Source of the DNA: a virus
IMG/VR virus record: IMGVR_UViG_3300030419_007010
Span: 97,728-161,727 of that record
Reading direction: 5' to 3' (one strand)
DNA length: 64,000 bases
Part shown: in pieces, positions 48,836-57,849 of the stretch
Layout: every line of letters starts with the position of its first letter
How positions within the stretch are numbered: position 1 is the stretch's first letter
The notes under the pieces: generated by a model
Seen by the model: only the letters and a program-made list of their open reading frames with translations
Told to the model about the DNA's origin: nothing
The model's database searches: none
Program-made: the position numbers and the translations under genes

Positions 48836-50777
48836 TATCCATTATAACATTAATTATTTGTTCAATTAAGTCATCTTCTTCTCTAATTAGTGTTTCTTCA
48901 TCTCTTTTACCAGGATGGCCCATATGTCCAGCAACAGATCCGCCGGCACATGATGAAACTTCTTCGAGTTCCTCTTCTTCCTCTTCTTTTTTAGTTTTTG
49001 GTTTTTTACGCTCTTTTTTTTCTGTTATAACTTCCTCAACCAAAGAAAATAGGGACTCCATGGTCAGTGTTTTTTTTTCTATTTTTTGACCAATAACCGC
49101 CAATATTTCATCTGCTGAATTAATTGACTCTTCCGGGAGCCATGGGAGAATATCTTCATTTGTAGCAATTGCATTTCTAAAATCAGTTGCATTCAACTCG
49201 GGAGGATTGGGTTCAAAAGCGAATCTTGCTGGATCTAATACTTCTACACCCTCGGATGCATATTGTTGAACATCGCCAGCAAAACGTGACTGATCACCTC
49301 CTTTAGTGCTCGAACCCAATATAATTTTATCTCCAGGTTGTGCGTAATCTTCTTTGTTATGTTCATTTGCAACAAAATCAAAGGTCGCTCCAACAGGAGA
49401 ATTCTTCGGAGATCTTAAAACTTCTACATTACTAAGACCAGCATTTCTTAAATATATATTCCAGATATCAATAGCATCTTCAGCAGTAATTTCAAGACCA
49501 CCCGGTAGATTTTTAGATATTGGTGAAACTAAAACAACTACTTTACCATTGTTTCCAACAACACTAGAATAATGTTTTACCATATCTAAATGCCCGCGAT
49601 GGGGAGGTTTAAATTTTCCAGGAATTAACGCAACAGCATTTGCATTTGTAATATCATCTTCTTTCGCGCTAACTGCAGCTTTTGGATCTTCCTTTTGTCT
49701 AAATGAAGAGTCCATCCCAGATAAAATAAATTTACCTGTAATTTTAACAGGTTTGGGGCCAAATTGGTCATCTCGCAAAACCACCCCTTCATGATTCATT
49801 AAACTTCCCATATCACTGGTTAAAGTTTTTAAGATATCATCTCCTAAAATTAGTGTAGCATGATAAAAAACAGCACCGTATATTGCAGGCTTTACATCGC
49901 TAGAATCTGCGATAAAAGAAGTAATTGGTGTGCCGTTTAATATTTCTGTATATACTAATTTACTTAAAGCTTTAATTTTTTTACCATTTGTAAGTTTAAC
50001 AAAATGATATCGAGGATTGTCAGCTTCCGCTAGCCATTCTTCCATAGATTTAGTAACGACTTCATCTTCAGGAGAAAAGTTTACTCGGAATTGCTGTGCT
50101 AAACTACTTGAAAAATCTATTTTTTCGCCAGGATTTGTTCTTGTTGGTATTGAACCATATACTTTAAAATTGTATTCTTTGGCGAAAGGAGAAACTTTTT
50201 TAATTAGTCTTTTTAAAACAGAAGGATTATATTCTAGTTCTGTGCTTGGTGCTTCCTCATCTTCAGGACGTGGCGCACCCGGGCGTGTAACACCGGTTCT
50301 AAAGTGTGTTTTTTCATAAAACTGATTTACACCATGAATAGCAAGAAAGTTATGATCATATTCAGTAACGTTAGTTTTTCTTAAAACATACTCTGTATTT
50401 AAAAAGACCGTAGGATTATCCCACATATCTAACTCTTCTAATTCCTCTTGAATACTTGGAAGAGCTTCATTAAAAATACCAAGTAATACACTGATGGCTT
50501 CCCGCATGCCATGGCCTTCGGGAAATCTTTCACCAATACGATTAAAAGTAATACCTTCAATATCAATTGGTTTTAGACTTCCACGATCAACCGCAAACTC
50601 TTTGCCATTGCGACCTTCGACTAGCTTAAAACTTACATTAACACCATCAATTTTTACAGCACCAGAATTATTAGCTAAATATTCTGCTGCATTTTCAAAA
50701 AATTCAAAAAGATCGGCCCCGTTTTTTACACGAGGTAAATCAAATGGATGCGCCATATGTCCTGCTGCACCGCCCAT
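48807..50777 (-). CDS. fusion: KxDG ligase-like domain plus HxGH cytidyltransferase/NMNAT-like domain
   Basis: GGAAGHMAHPFD, VKIDGVN, HEGVVLR, VKITGKF; PGKFKPPHRGH; NATDFR. Confidence 0.7.
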   Translation of the reverse strand: MGGAAGHMAHPFDLPRVKNGADLFEFFENAAEYLANNSGAVKIDGVNVSFKLVEGRNGKEFAVDRGSLKPIDIEGITFNRIGERFPEGHGMREAISVLLGIFNEALPSIQEELEELDMWDNPTVFLNTEYVLRKTNVTEYDHNFLAIHGVNQFYEKTHFRTGVTRPGAPRPEDEEAPSTELEYNPSVLKRLIKKVSPFAKEYNFKVYGSIPTRTNPGEKIDFSSSLAQQFRVNFSPEDEVVTKSMEEWLAEADNPRYHFVKLTNGKKIKALSKLVYTEILNGTPITSFIADSSDVKPAIYGAVFYHATLILGDDILKTLTSDMGSLMNHEGVVLRDDQFGPKPVKITGKFILSGMDSSFRQKEDPKAAVSAKEDDITNANAVALIPGKFKPPHRGHLDMVKHYSSVVGNNGKVVVLVSPISKNLPGGLEITAEDAIDIWNIYLRNAGLSNVEVLRSPKNSPVGATFDFVANEHNKEDYAQPGDKIILGSSTKGGDQSRFAGDVQQYASEGVEVLDPARFAFEPNPPELNATDFRNAIATNEDILPWLPEESINSADEILAVIGQKIEKKTLTMESLFSLVEEVITEKKERKKPKTKKEEEEEELEEVSSCAGGSVAGHMGHPGKRDEETLIREEDDLIEQIINVIMDIGSGNHANK

Positions 50778-50788
50778 TTAATTTCTCC

Positions 50789-51001
50789 TTAAGAATCAGA
50801 TTTTGTTGATAATTTAGACTTTAGCTTTTTAGCTTTCGAAACAACAGTTTGTTTTACAGAAGTTTTTTCTACTTTTGGAGCAGGAGCAGGCTTCTCACTT
50901 GCTACTTCTTTAACAACTACTGGTTTAGCAGCTGCTGCAGCTTCTGCTGCCTTTGCCTTTCCTCTTGCTCTTCTTCTACGTCTACCTTTTGGGCTAGCCA
51001 T
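50789..51001 (-). CDS. small basic Arg/Lys/Ala-rich protein
   Basis: GRRRRRARGKAKAAEAAAAAK; GGAG SD. Confidence 0.7.
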   Translation of the reverse strand: MASPKGRRRRRARGKAKAAEAAAAAKPVVVKEVASEKPAPAPKVEKTSVKQTVVSKAKKLKSKLSTKSDS

Positions 51002-51019
51002 AATAAATCTCCTTTTGAT

Positions 51020-51244
51020 TTAACCTTTTGTAACTTTATAAGGCTCTTGTTTGCCTCTTAAAGATAATGGGCCTTTGATATTTAGAATAACGGGAACTTG
51101 GATCCCGGGTTTAACGGTATCACCAGTAATATCTGATAGGGCTGACTCATCTGCACGATCATATTGTTGAGAAAGATTATCTAATGTTTTGATAATATAA
51201 TCAGAACTTATTGAAGGCGTCGTCGGTGATGTTTGTGTCGCCAT
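51020..51244 (-). CDS. hypothetical protein
   Basis: ORF track. Confidence 0.6.
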   Translation of the reverse strand: MATQTSPTTPSISSDYIIKTLDNLSQQYDRADESALSDITGDTVKPGIQVPVILNIKGPLSLRGKQEPYKVTKG

Positions 51245-52357
51245 TTACTTAATCCACTTTTTCATAAGAGCATCATAAAGTCGCTCTTCTTTAAGTTGTT
51301 CGAAGGTTTTTTTCTCGCCTCTCGCATGCCCGGATCCAGGATATGTCTCTCCGGGAAATTTCCCGCCGACGTCACGTACCGGCGCGGGTTCCTTTCTCCG
51401 CCCACCATGTTTCCTCATGCAGTCTTCGTGCGCTCCGAGCAACATGCCGGTGCTTATTTGCTCATGATTCGGGTCGTCTTTAACGGCCTGCTGCAGCTGG
51501 TTCCATGTGTCCGCACATGGATCCGAATCTTCTTCCAATTCTTCGGCCTCTTCCAAGGGCTTTTGACGATCGGCCGGCTTATCCTTGCCTCTACGATCCT
51601 CTGAATTGCCTCTACGGCGCTCCTCAAGGCTTTCCTCTTCCTCGACGACCTCTTCCCCTTCGGAGACGTCTTCCTCTTCTTCTAGCGGCTGTACACGGTC
51701 TGGCTCTTTCTCCTCCGCGCGCCGGCCGGGTCGCCTACGTCGTTCTTCAAGCTCTTCGCTTTCAGCTAGCCGTGTTTCTTGAGCCCATTCTTCGTGTGAT
51801 TGTCCGGAATGGACTTCATCACATTGTGTTGGCTCGTGTGTATGCACGGTTAAACCAGAAGCAGAGCCTTCCATTAATTTTGCTTTCAAAGCTTCTCTGA
51901 TTGCTTTTCTTAATGTTTGTTCATTCATTGTTTTTTTCCTTGATTTGGATTTGATTCCATCTTCCCAATCTCTTATAAGTAGATTTCCTTCTAAATAAGC
52001 TTCTTTCTCCATCATTCTTAAATGTTCGTCTTTTTGTGCGTAACCTTCTTCTGTTACATGATCTCCTTCAAATTCACCTCTACAATTCTGATTATGATGA
52101 ACTAATTCGTGAGAAAAAGATCTTAATATGTCCTTTGGATGTCTCTTATCAATATAAATAGATATCTCATTTGCATTTGGATCATAATAAGCTGTTTTTC
52201 CTAAAGGATTCGAAGCATTATGAGGATCTGAAACAAAAGAAAGCGCCACTGGCCTGTTAAAACCAAGGCGCTTTTGTGCATAGGGAAAAAATTTATTTAC
52301 TAACTCATGTACTTCTTGCAAACTCTCATTTGTCTTATTTGTTATTTTTAAGCTCAT
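51245..52357 (-). CDS. HExxH metallopeptidase domain plus charged repetitive tail
   Basis: DILRSFSHELVHH, EKEAY; internal MNEQTLRKAIREAL; LEERRR...PLEE repeats. Confidence 0.75.
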   Translation of the reverse strand: MSLKITNKTNESLQEVHELVNKFFPYAQKRLGFNRPVALSFVSDPHNASNPLGKTAYYDPNANEISIYIDKRHPKDILRSFSHELVHHNQNCRGEFEGDHVTEEGYAQKDEHLRMMEKEAYLEGNLLIRDWEDGIKSKSRKKTMNEQTLRKAIREALKAKLMEGSASGLTVHTHEPTQCDEVHSGQSHEEWAQETRLAESEELEERRRRPGRRAEEKEPDRVQPLEEEEDVSEGEEVVEEEESLEERRRGNSEDRRGKDKPADRQKPLEEAEELEEDSDPCADTWNQLQQAVKDDPNHEQISTGMLLGAHEDCMRKHGGRRKEPAPVRDVGGKFPGETYPGSGHARGEKKTFEQLKEERLYDALMKKWIK

Positions 52358-53300
52358 TTTTAATAAGTCTTTTTAACTTTTCCTCTGATAGAGTAATTGT
52401 TTCTTCTAGTTGGCCGGCCACCGTGGACTTTGTACCAATAGTTCCCTTTTTATATCCCCCTAAACCACCGGTCGGGGCTTTTGTAGCACGAGCTTTCTCA
52501 ACACCGCCTCTAGGTTTACGATCTTTAGCTAAACCAACAGGTGTTTCTGGATCGGTTGCTGACATTGCAACATCACCGATTTCACCAGCTTCTGGAGCAG
52601 CAGAAGGATCAATTGCTACAGACAACTCCTTTAGTTTGCCTCCAGTGCCACCAACACCAGCTAATTCGGATAATTTATCCATATAACCGTTATGTATACT
52701 AATCCAATTAACTAATTCTGCAGCTGCTCTATACACAGCATCTGCCGTTTCACCTGTAGCTACAGCTTCTGTTACGGGTTTTCCTTCTGCGTCTTCCATA
52801 CCTTCAGGAGGCCCGGTGACGACATCATCTTCGTTATCAGGTTGTAGGCCCTGGGCTCTTAATTCGGGCTCATCTTCTACAGATAACATATCTGCCAAAC
52901 GATTAAGAGAAGTGGGATCAATAGCTACCGCTTTAAGCTTAGTTTGTAATTTATCATTTGCCTGTCTAACTTTAATTTCATATTCAGCAAAAACATCTGC
53001 TAACTGAGCCATGGTAGGGGCAACCCTTTTTAAAGCTTTTTGTCCCGCAACTTCTTTTTGTTCCGGCGATGCTTCTTCTGCAGTATCAAGCGCGGCATCA
53101 AGCATTCGATTAGCCTTCGAAGCTTTTGCGAGAGTGATCCATTTTCTTAGTCCTGTTTTTGCACCAAGCTTAATTGATTGGAACACATCAGCAATATCTT
53201 CTTCAAGCATTCTTATGTGTTCTTCAGAGAGAACTTCTTTGCTTTCTTCTAATATAACTTCTTCTACAAGCTTTTTTAGCTGCGCTTTAGTTAGTTTCAT
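52335..53300 (-). CDS. leader-tagged protein (motif at both ends)
   Basis: MKLTKAQLKKLVEEVILEE ... LSEEKLKRLIKNEL. Confidence 0.72.
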   Translation of the reverse strand: MKLTKAQLKKLVEEVILEESKEVLSEEHIRMLEEDIADVFQSIKLGAKTGLRKWITLAKASKANRMLDAALDTAEEASPEQKEVAGQKALKRVAPTMAQLADVFAEYEIKVRQANDKLQTKLKAVAIDPTSLNRLADMLSVEDEPELRAQGLQPDNEDDVVTGPPEGMEDAEGKPVTEAVATGETADAVYRAAAELVNWISIHNGYMDKLSELAGVGGTGGKLKELSVAIDPSAAPEAGEIGDVAMSATDPETPVGLAKDRKPRGGVEKARATKAPTGGLGGYKKGTIGTKSTVAGQLEETITLSEEKLKRLIKNELKNNK

Positions 53301-53494
53301 CGTTTTTTCCTCTTATTAGATGGGTTATCATAGATAAACACCAATGATTTTCAATATATAATTATCTTCATATATGCTTAATAGCCGTTTTTTAATGCTA
53401 TAAAGTGACTTATTTTTTACCAAAAAAAGCCAAAAAATGCTGTTTTTTCTCTAAAAATCCTTGAAAATAGGCTATTTTTAGCCATATTTTGGGT

Positions 53495-54484
53495 TTATTC
53501 GGCTGGTGGAGCCGATTTTGAACGCTTAAAAGGCGGTTTTTTGCTAAAAGGTGCCTTATTTCCTTGCTTTCCGAGTGAAATTGTCTGTTTTTTAGCTTCT
53601 TCGTGGTCTTTTTTGACCAATTCTTGGTATTTTCCCGCTTCTTCAAGCGAAAAATCGGCTTTTTCTTGCGTTTTTTTGTTATTTTCAACGAATTTACGCC
53701 AATTTTTGCTAAATTCTTCCTTTAAAGACATCATTGCGTCATAAGAATCGGTAAAAAGGTCAGATAATCGCTGCAAATAGCCATTTCGACGCAAAACTTT
53801 GAATGCTAGGTTCTCTTCAGAGAAGATTCCACCCTTTTGAAGCCCACATCTTCTGAATTTTCTTATCTTTTCCTTGATTTTCTTCGAGAAATCATGAGAA
53901 TCATCGTATTTTTGGTGATTAAACAGCTTTTCGACCCCATCAATGAGGCTCATGAGCTTCGAAGCCTTCTTTTTAACGTCCATATAGTTAATTTCAGGCT
54001 CATTGTGAAGCGGTTCTGCTACCCATTGGTTATTTAACACCGAATAAACACCCATAGATATATGAGGTTCTTTAGAATCCTGTATATATATCTCCACTTC
54101 ATACCCGTGAATTAGGATATTGTGTTTCTTATTCCAATTTATAATCTTTTCTTTGAATAAATCTTGCAATAATTCGGTATTTTCATGAATTTTTTCGAAA
54201 TCAAGCAAGATATGAAGGTCAACATCCGAAAAACTAGACCAATTATAGCTTGCAAGCGAACCAGTAAGCAAAATATCGTCCAAAATTACTTCTTTATTGA
54301 ATAAATCAGATAAACCTAGGTCATCAAAGAACTTATTTGATATTTCTAACAGCTTTTCGCGGACTTCAGGGTCCATTAACTTGTTTTGCCATATTTCAGG
54401 CGCTAGATCATCCTGCATTTCGAGATTTGTTACGTCAATCTCTCTATGATCATCTAAAAATTCTTGCCAAAGTTGCAAATTCAT
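53495..54484 (-). CDS. Pol-beta superfamily nucleotidyltransferase
   Basis: LTGSLASYNWSSFSDVDLH, EVEIYIQD, ENLAFKVLRRNG. Confidence 0.85.
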   Translation of the reverse strand: MNLQLWQEFLDDHREIDVTNLEMQDDLAPEIWQNKLMDPEVREKLLEISNKFFDDLGLSDLFNKEVILDDILLTGSLASYNWSSFSDVDLHILLDFEKIHENTELLQDLFKEKIINWNKKHNILIHGYEVEIYIQDSKEPHISMGVYSVLNNQWVAEPLHNEPEINYMDVKKKASKLMSLIDGVEKLFNHQKYDDSHDFSKKIKEKIRKFRRCGLQKGGIFSEENLAFKVLRRNGYLQRLSDLFTDSYDAMMSLKEEFSKNWRKFVENNKKTQEKADFSLEEAGKYQELVKKDHEEAKKQTISLGKQGNKAPFSKKPPFKRSKSAPPAE

Positions 54485-54495
54485 ACAATAATTAC

Positions 54496-56448
54496 TTACT
54501 TACAAGCGTTTTCGTCAATAATTTCCATTAAACTATTATAAACAGTTAACATATCGTCTGTTAATTCATACCACTTGCCTGAAGAAGCGGTACATAGAGG
54601 TTCCCATCCTGAATGATAGTTACCATTTTCCTTATGCCAATCTTTTGAGAACACATATATCTTTGTATTAACAGTGTTTGATATCAATTGTAACAAATGA
54701 TCTTGTTCAATTTTAGGATCTAGGTAAGATTGAGGGACTTCATCTGAAAATAATATAATAACTCTCTCTACACTTGAGTCAGTACGCCAATTAACTTTGA
54801 AATTTAATAATTCTGGGTTAGATTGACCAACGCCTTTCATTGTATTCCAAGCTAAGTCCGCTAATTTGATTGGTAAGACAGCAGAGGAGACCAAATTATG
54901 CATCGCGAGATATAACGCATCATGAAGCATCTCCCGCGCGCCTGACATAGAGTATGAGTTGATGTTTAATTGAGCCATACCGGCCAAGAAATCGGTGAAT
55001 CCTGACAAGTTATGATGCAATTTAAGGTATTCTGCGTATGGACCACTAAAACCCTCTAGAGGGCCCAAAATAATGCCCCATTGAAGTACTTCTTCATCAC
55101 TATACTGGCCGGCAAATTTGTTGAGAGCAGTCATAACAGCAATAATCTCTGTATCCATAGAACCAGACCAGTCAACAATGAATAGAATATCAACTGGTTG
55201 CATTTCTTCACCAGAATCAGTTATACCATCACAATCATCATCAACGCCATTGCAGACTTCTTCTTGAGGGGTTATCTCATCTTTACAGAACCCTGGAGTG
55301 AAATACTGCGGTTCTTCTGGCATATCAACCCAATAGTTCCCCCAAACACCTTCTAAACAAGTTAACATGCCCGGTTCGCATATACCTACATATAAAGTGG
55401 CCGGATCTGCGGAATAACATTGCGCATATAGGTCTTCATCGATCAATTGATTGCAATTATCATCGAAATTGTTGCATTCTTCCGCTTCCAAAGGCATGCC
55501 CACCGTCGGATCGCATATTTCGTCTGGATCTGGGAAATAAACGCACGGTGCAACACAATCTGTCGTATAAATCTCCGTACAATTAGGATCTGCGCACTCA
55601 CACGTCTTATATCCTTGGCCACAAAGCAATGGCGACTCATTACACGGGAATAATGCCCCAACGTGGTCTATAGTACACTCACATTTAAGCTCTTCGTCGA
55701 TTTGACCGTCACAATCGTTATCAAAACCATCACAGATTTCAATTTGGACCGGAGGAGCGTTACAAGAGACCCAATTACCTGCAATACAGTATTCTATACC
55801 GACTCCGCATGCTGTTGAACACTCTTGAATGAGATCTTCATCAATATCACCGTCACAATCATTGTCAAAGCCATCGCAGACGTCTTCTGGTACAAAACCA
55901 CACTCCCCACATGCGTTTAATTGGCCTTCGTCGATAAATCCATCACAATCATTGTCCTCATAGTCGCATATTTCTTCGGAACAGATCGTTTCACAGTCTG
56001 TAAACTTAATTTTGCCTTTATCGCATACTTGGTCTTGCGTTCCTGGAAATCCATCGATTGTTATGCACTCAATTGTTCCCATATTATAGTTTGTTGGATC
56101 ACATTCCAAAAATTCTTCACATTCTCCGACTTCCAAAACCTTCGGAGGGTCAAGACATATATCTTTTACAATCTTCATACGCCAATTGGCATTTAGATCA
56201 CAAAAATACCACTCTTCACGAATACATTTCTTCCGATACTCTTCAGGAGTCATCAACTCCATAATAAGAGGGTTTGGAATTGATATCGGATATAAACTTA
56301 TAGGAGGGGCTTCATCTGGAGTATCATTACAAGAAACTACTGTCGAGAGCACCAATAATAAAACGGCGCCGTATACCAACGACATTTTTAAAATATTATA
56401 TAATTTCTTGAGTATTTTCATATTAATCGATTGGACCAAAAAGATCAT
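54496..56448 (-). CDS. lipoprotein with myxobacterial-type Cys repeats (ExCDGxDNDCDGxIDE) and C-terminal vWA domain
   Basis: Five ExC[D/N]xxD[N/D]xCxxxxD repeats; DILFIVDWSGSM MIDAS; ILFSDE; VVSC lipobox. Confidence 0.85.
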   Translation of the reverse strand: MIFLVQSINMKILKKLYNILKMSLVYGAVLLLVLSTVVSCNDTPDEAPPISLYPISIPNPLIMELMTPEEYRKKCIREEWYFCDLNANWRMKIVKDICLDPPKVLEVGECEEFLECDPTNYNMGTIECITIDGFPGTQDQVCDKGKIKFTDCETICSEEICDYEDNDCDGFIDEGQLNACGECGFVPEDVCDGFDNDCDGDIDEDLIQECSTACGVGIEYCIAGNWVSCNAPPVQIEICDGFDNDCDGQIDEELKCECTIDHVGALFPCNESPLLCGQGYKTCECADPNCTEIYTTDCVAPCVYFPDPDEICDPTVGMPLEAEECNNFDDNCNQLIDEDLYAQCYSADPATLYVGICEPGMLTCLEGVWGNYWVDMPEEPQYFTPGFCKDEITPQEEVCNGVDDDCDGITDSGEEMQPVDILFIVDWSGSMDTEIIAVMTALNKFAGQYSDEEVLQWGIILGPLEGFSGPYAEYLKLHHNLSGFTDFLAGMAQLNINSYSMSGAREMLHDALYLAMHNLVSSAVLPIKLADLAWNTMKGVGQSNPELLNFKVNWRTDSSVERVIILFSDEVPQSYLDPKIEQDHLLQLISNTVNTKIYVFSKDWHKENGNYHSGWEPLCTASSGKWYELTDDMLTVYNSLMEIIDENACK

Positions 56449-56716
56449 CGAAGTTAAAGAAAAATTTATCAGTATCTCTTATATTAACTTCTTCCATTGT
56501 ATTCCAAAGTTTAGCCAACGTCCTTCCAGCTTCTATATCTGTATCAAAGTGTTTTTTTAAAAAATGTTTATCTTCTACCAAAACTGCAAAATATGCACGA
56601 ATCTTCCATTTGAATTTATTTGTTAATTCAACACATCCAACTGGATCATCATTATTCTTTCCAACAATCCGAACTTCCGTGGTTGTATGAGAAAGCTTCT
56701 TCCAACTTATTTTCAT
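56423..56716 (-). CDS. hypothetical protein
   Basis: ORF track. Confidence 0.6.
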   Translation of the reverse strand: MKISWKKLSHTTTEVRIVGKNNDDPVGCVELTNKFKWKIRAYFAVLVEDKHFLKKHFDTDIEAGRTLAKLWNTMEEVNIRDTDKFFFNFDDLFGPID

Positions 56717-56919
56717 TCAAGGAAACTCTCGTTTATATGATTACATTCGCTACATTTAAATAACTGTATTGGTGCCATTATTTCTTCTCCTGTCGGAGAA
56801 ATTACTGGGGATATTCTTTTTATTCTATAAATTTGTACAAAATACTTGCTTTTGCACTCATCGCATTCAACATCGCCGGCATCGCGCAAGTTGAAGCTAA
56901 CATTACCTTGTTGTTGCAT
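56713..56919 (-). CDS. Zn-ribbon protein
   Basis: CDEC ... CSEC; GAGG SD. Confidence 0.7.
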   Translation of the reverse strand: MQQQGNVSFNLRDAGDVECDECKSKYFVQIYRIKRISPVISPTGEEIMAPIQLFKCSECNHINESFLE

Positions 56920-56998
56920 CTTAACCTCTATTAGTAATTAATCATCAAAAATTTAAATTCTTGAATAATTTTATTTTATCACACTTTAAGCGCGAGGT

Positions 56999-57460
56999 TC
57001 AGAACCACACGACAGTTTTGAATTGAATTAACTTTCCGAAAAAATTTTCTATTATTTTTTTATCATTTTCTTTGCAAACACCGTCAGCGCCGAGGATAAT
57101 TTTTGTATTTTGGCCAATATTCTTCGGTTTGGCCTTACCGACGTTTTCCCATGTCTCGTCATCGTCTTTATACTTAATATAACCAACCGGCAGCAAATTT
57201 TTCTGTTTTCCGGACGATGAAGGCACGATAATCAGGTCCCAGCCCATGTCATCAGCAGGATTAATGAGTTTTGGCCACTCTCCATAATCAAACTCAAGTT
57301 TGACCTTTTTCAAACCGCCGAATTTTTTCGTTTTTCCTTTTGGAGTGTCGATATTGATTTCTTGATTCGGATTTGCGCGAATAATATCAATTAGTTCTTT
57401 TTGTGTTGGAATTACCTGTTCGATCAAAAATTTTTCCCAACTTTCCAATATTTTTTTCAT
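56999..57460 (-). CDS. leader-tagged inorganic pyrophosphatase-like protein
   Basis: MKKILESWEKFLIE; IDTPKG, DYG, ADDMGWD, TKIILG. Confidence 0.6.
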   Translation of the reverse strand: MKKILESWEKFLIEQVIPTQKELIDIIRANPNQEINIDTPKGKTKKFGGLKKVKLEFDYGEWPKLINPADDMGWDLIIVPSSSGKQKNLLPVGYIKYKDDDETWENVGKAKPKNIGQNTKIILGADGVCKENDKKIIENFFGKLIQFKTVVWF

Positions 57461-57741
57461 TTAAACACTTTTTCTTTCGACGTATCAAAAAGTTTGTCCA
57501 TAAAACTCTTTTTAAGACGCAAAAGTCGTTCAAATTTGACTTTATCGCGAGCATCAGTATAAAGAGTTGTTGGTTTTTTCACTTCCCCGTCAATTAATTG
57601 CTCATTAAAATCGTAAAATTTAGCTTTTGGGCTTTTAGCATTGGATGTCGATGACAACCATATAATTAAAGATAATACCACTATAATACCAACAATTAAA
57701 ACCATTGTATCAATCAATATATTTTTAATTTTCTCAACCAT
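57457..57741 (-). CDS. GltF/CglF-like (myxobacterial gliding) secreted protein
   Basis: Signal peptide, then YDFNEQLIDGEVKKP...RDKVKFERLLRLKKSF, resembling the remembered CglF/GltF pattern DFxxxxIxGxxxKP...F..L...R.xF. Confidence 0.55.
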   Translation of the reverse strand: MVEKIKNILIDTMVLIVGIIVVLSLIIWLSSTSNAKSPKAKFYDFNEQLIDGEVKKPTTLYTDARDKVKFERLLRLKKSFMDKLFDTSKEKVFK

Positions 57742-57849
57742 ACCCGTAAATAGTTTTAAAAGGTATCTTAAAGCTTAAAGTCACTTTAAAAATATGAAAA
57801 CTTGCGTTTTCATTCTTTTTAAACCGAGTGCGAGTTAAAGTTGATAAAG

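Noticed and set aside
53410-53688. 92-aa Lys-rich ORF (also 37660..37920, 38787..38969, 55443..55661, 60137..60508, 61226..61573)
   Set aside because: Out-of-frame overlaps with stronger same-strand genes, with no motifs or SD.
57794-57813. ATGAAAAC-TTGC-GTTTTCAT hairpin as a terminator
   Set aside because: Weak AT-rich stem, and the T-run follows on the strand opposite to local transcription; insufficient support.
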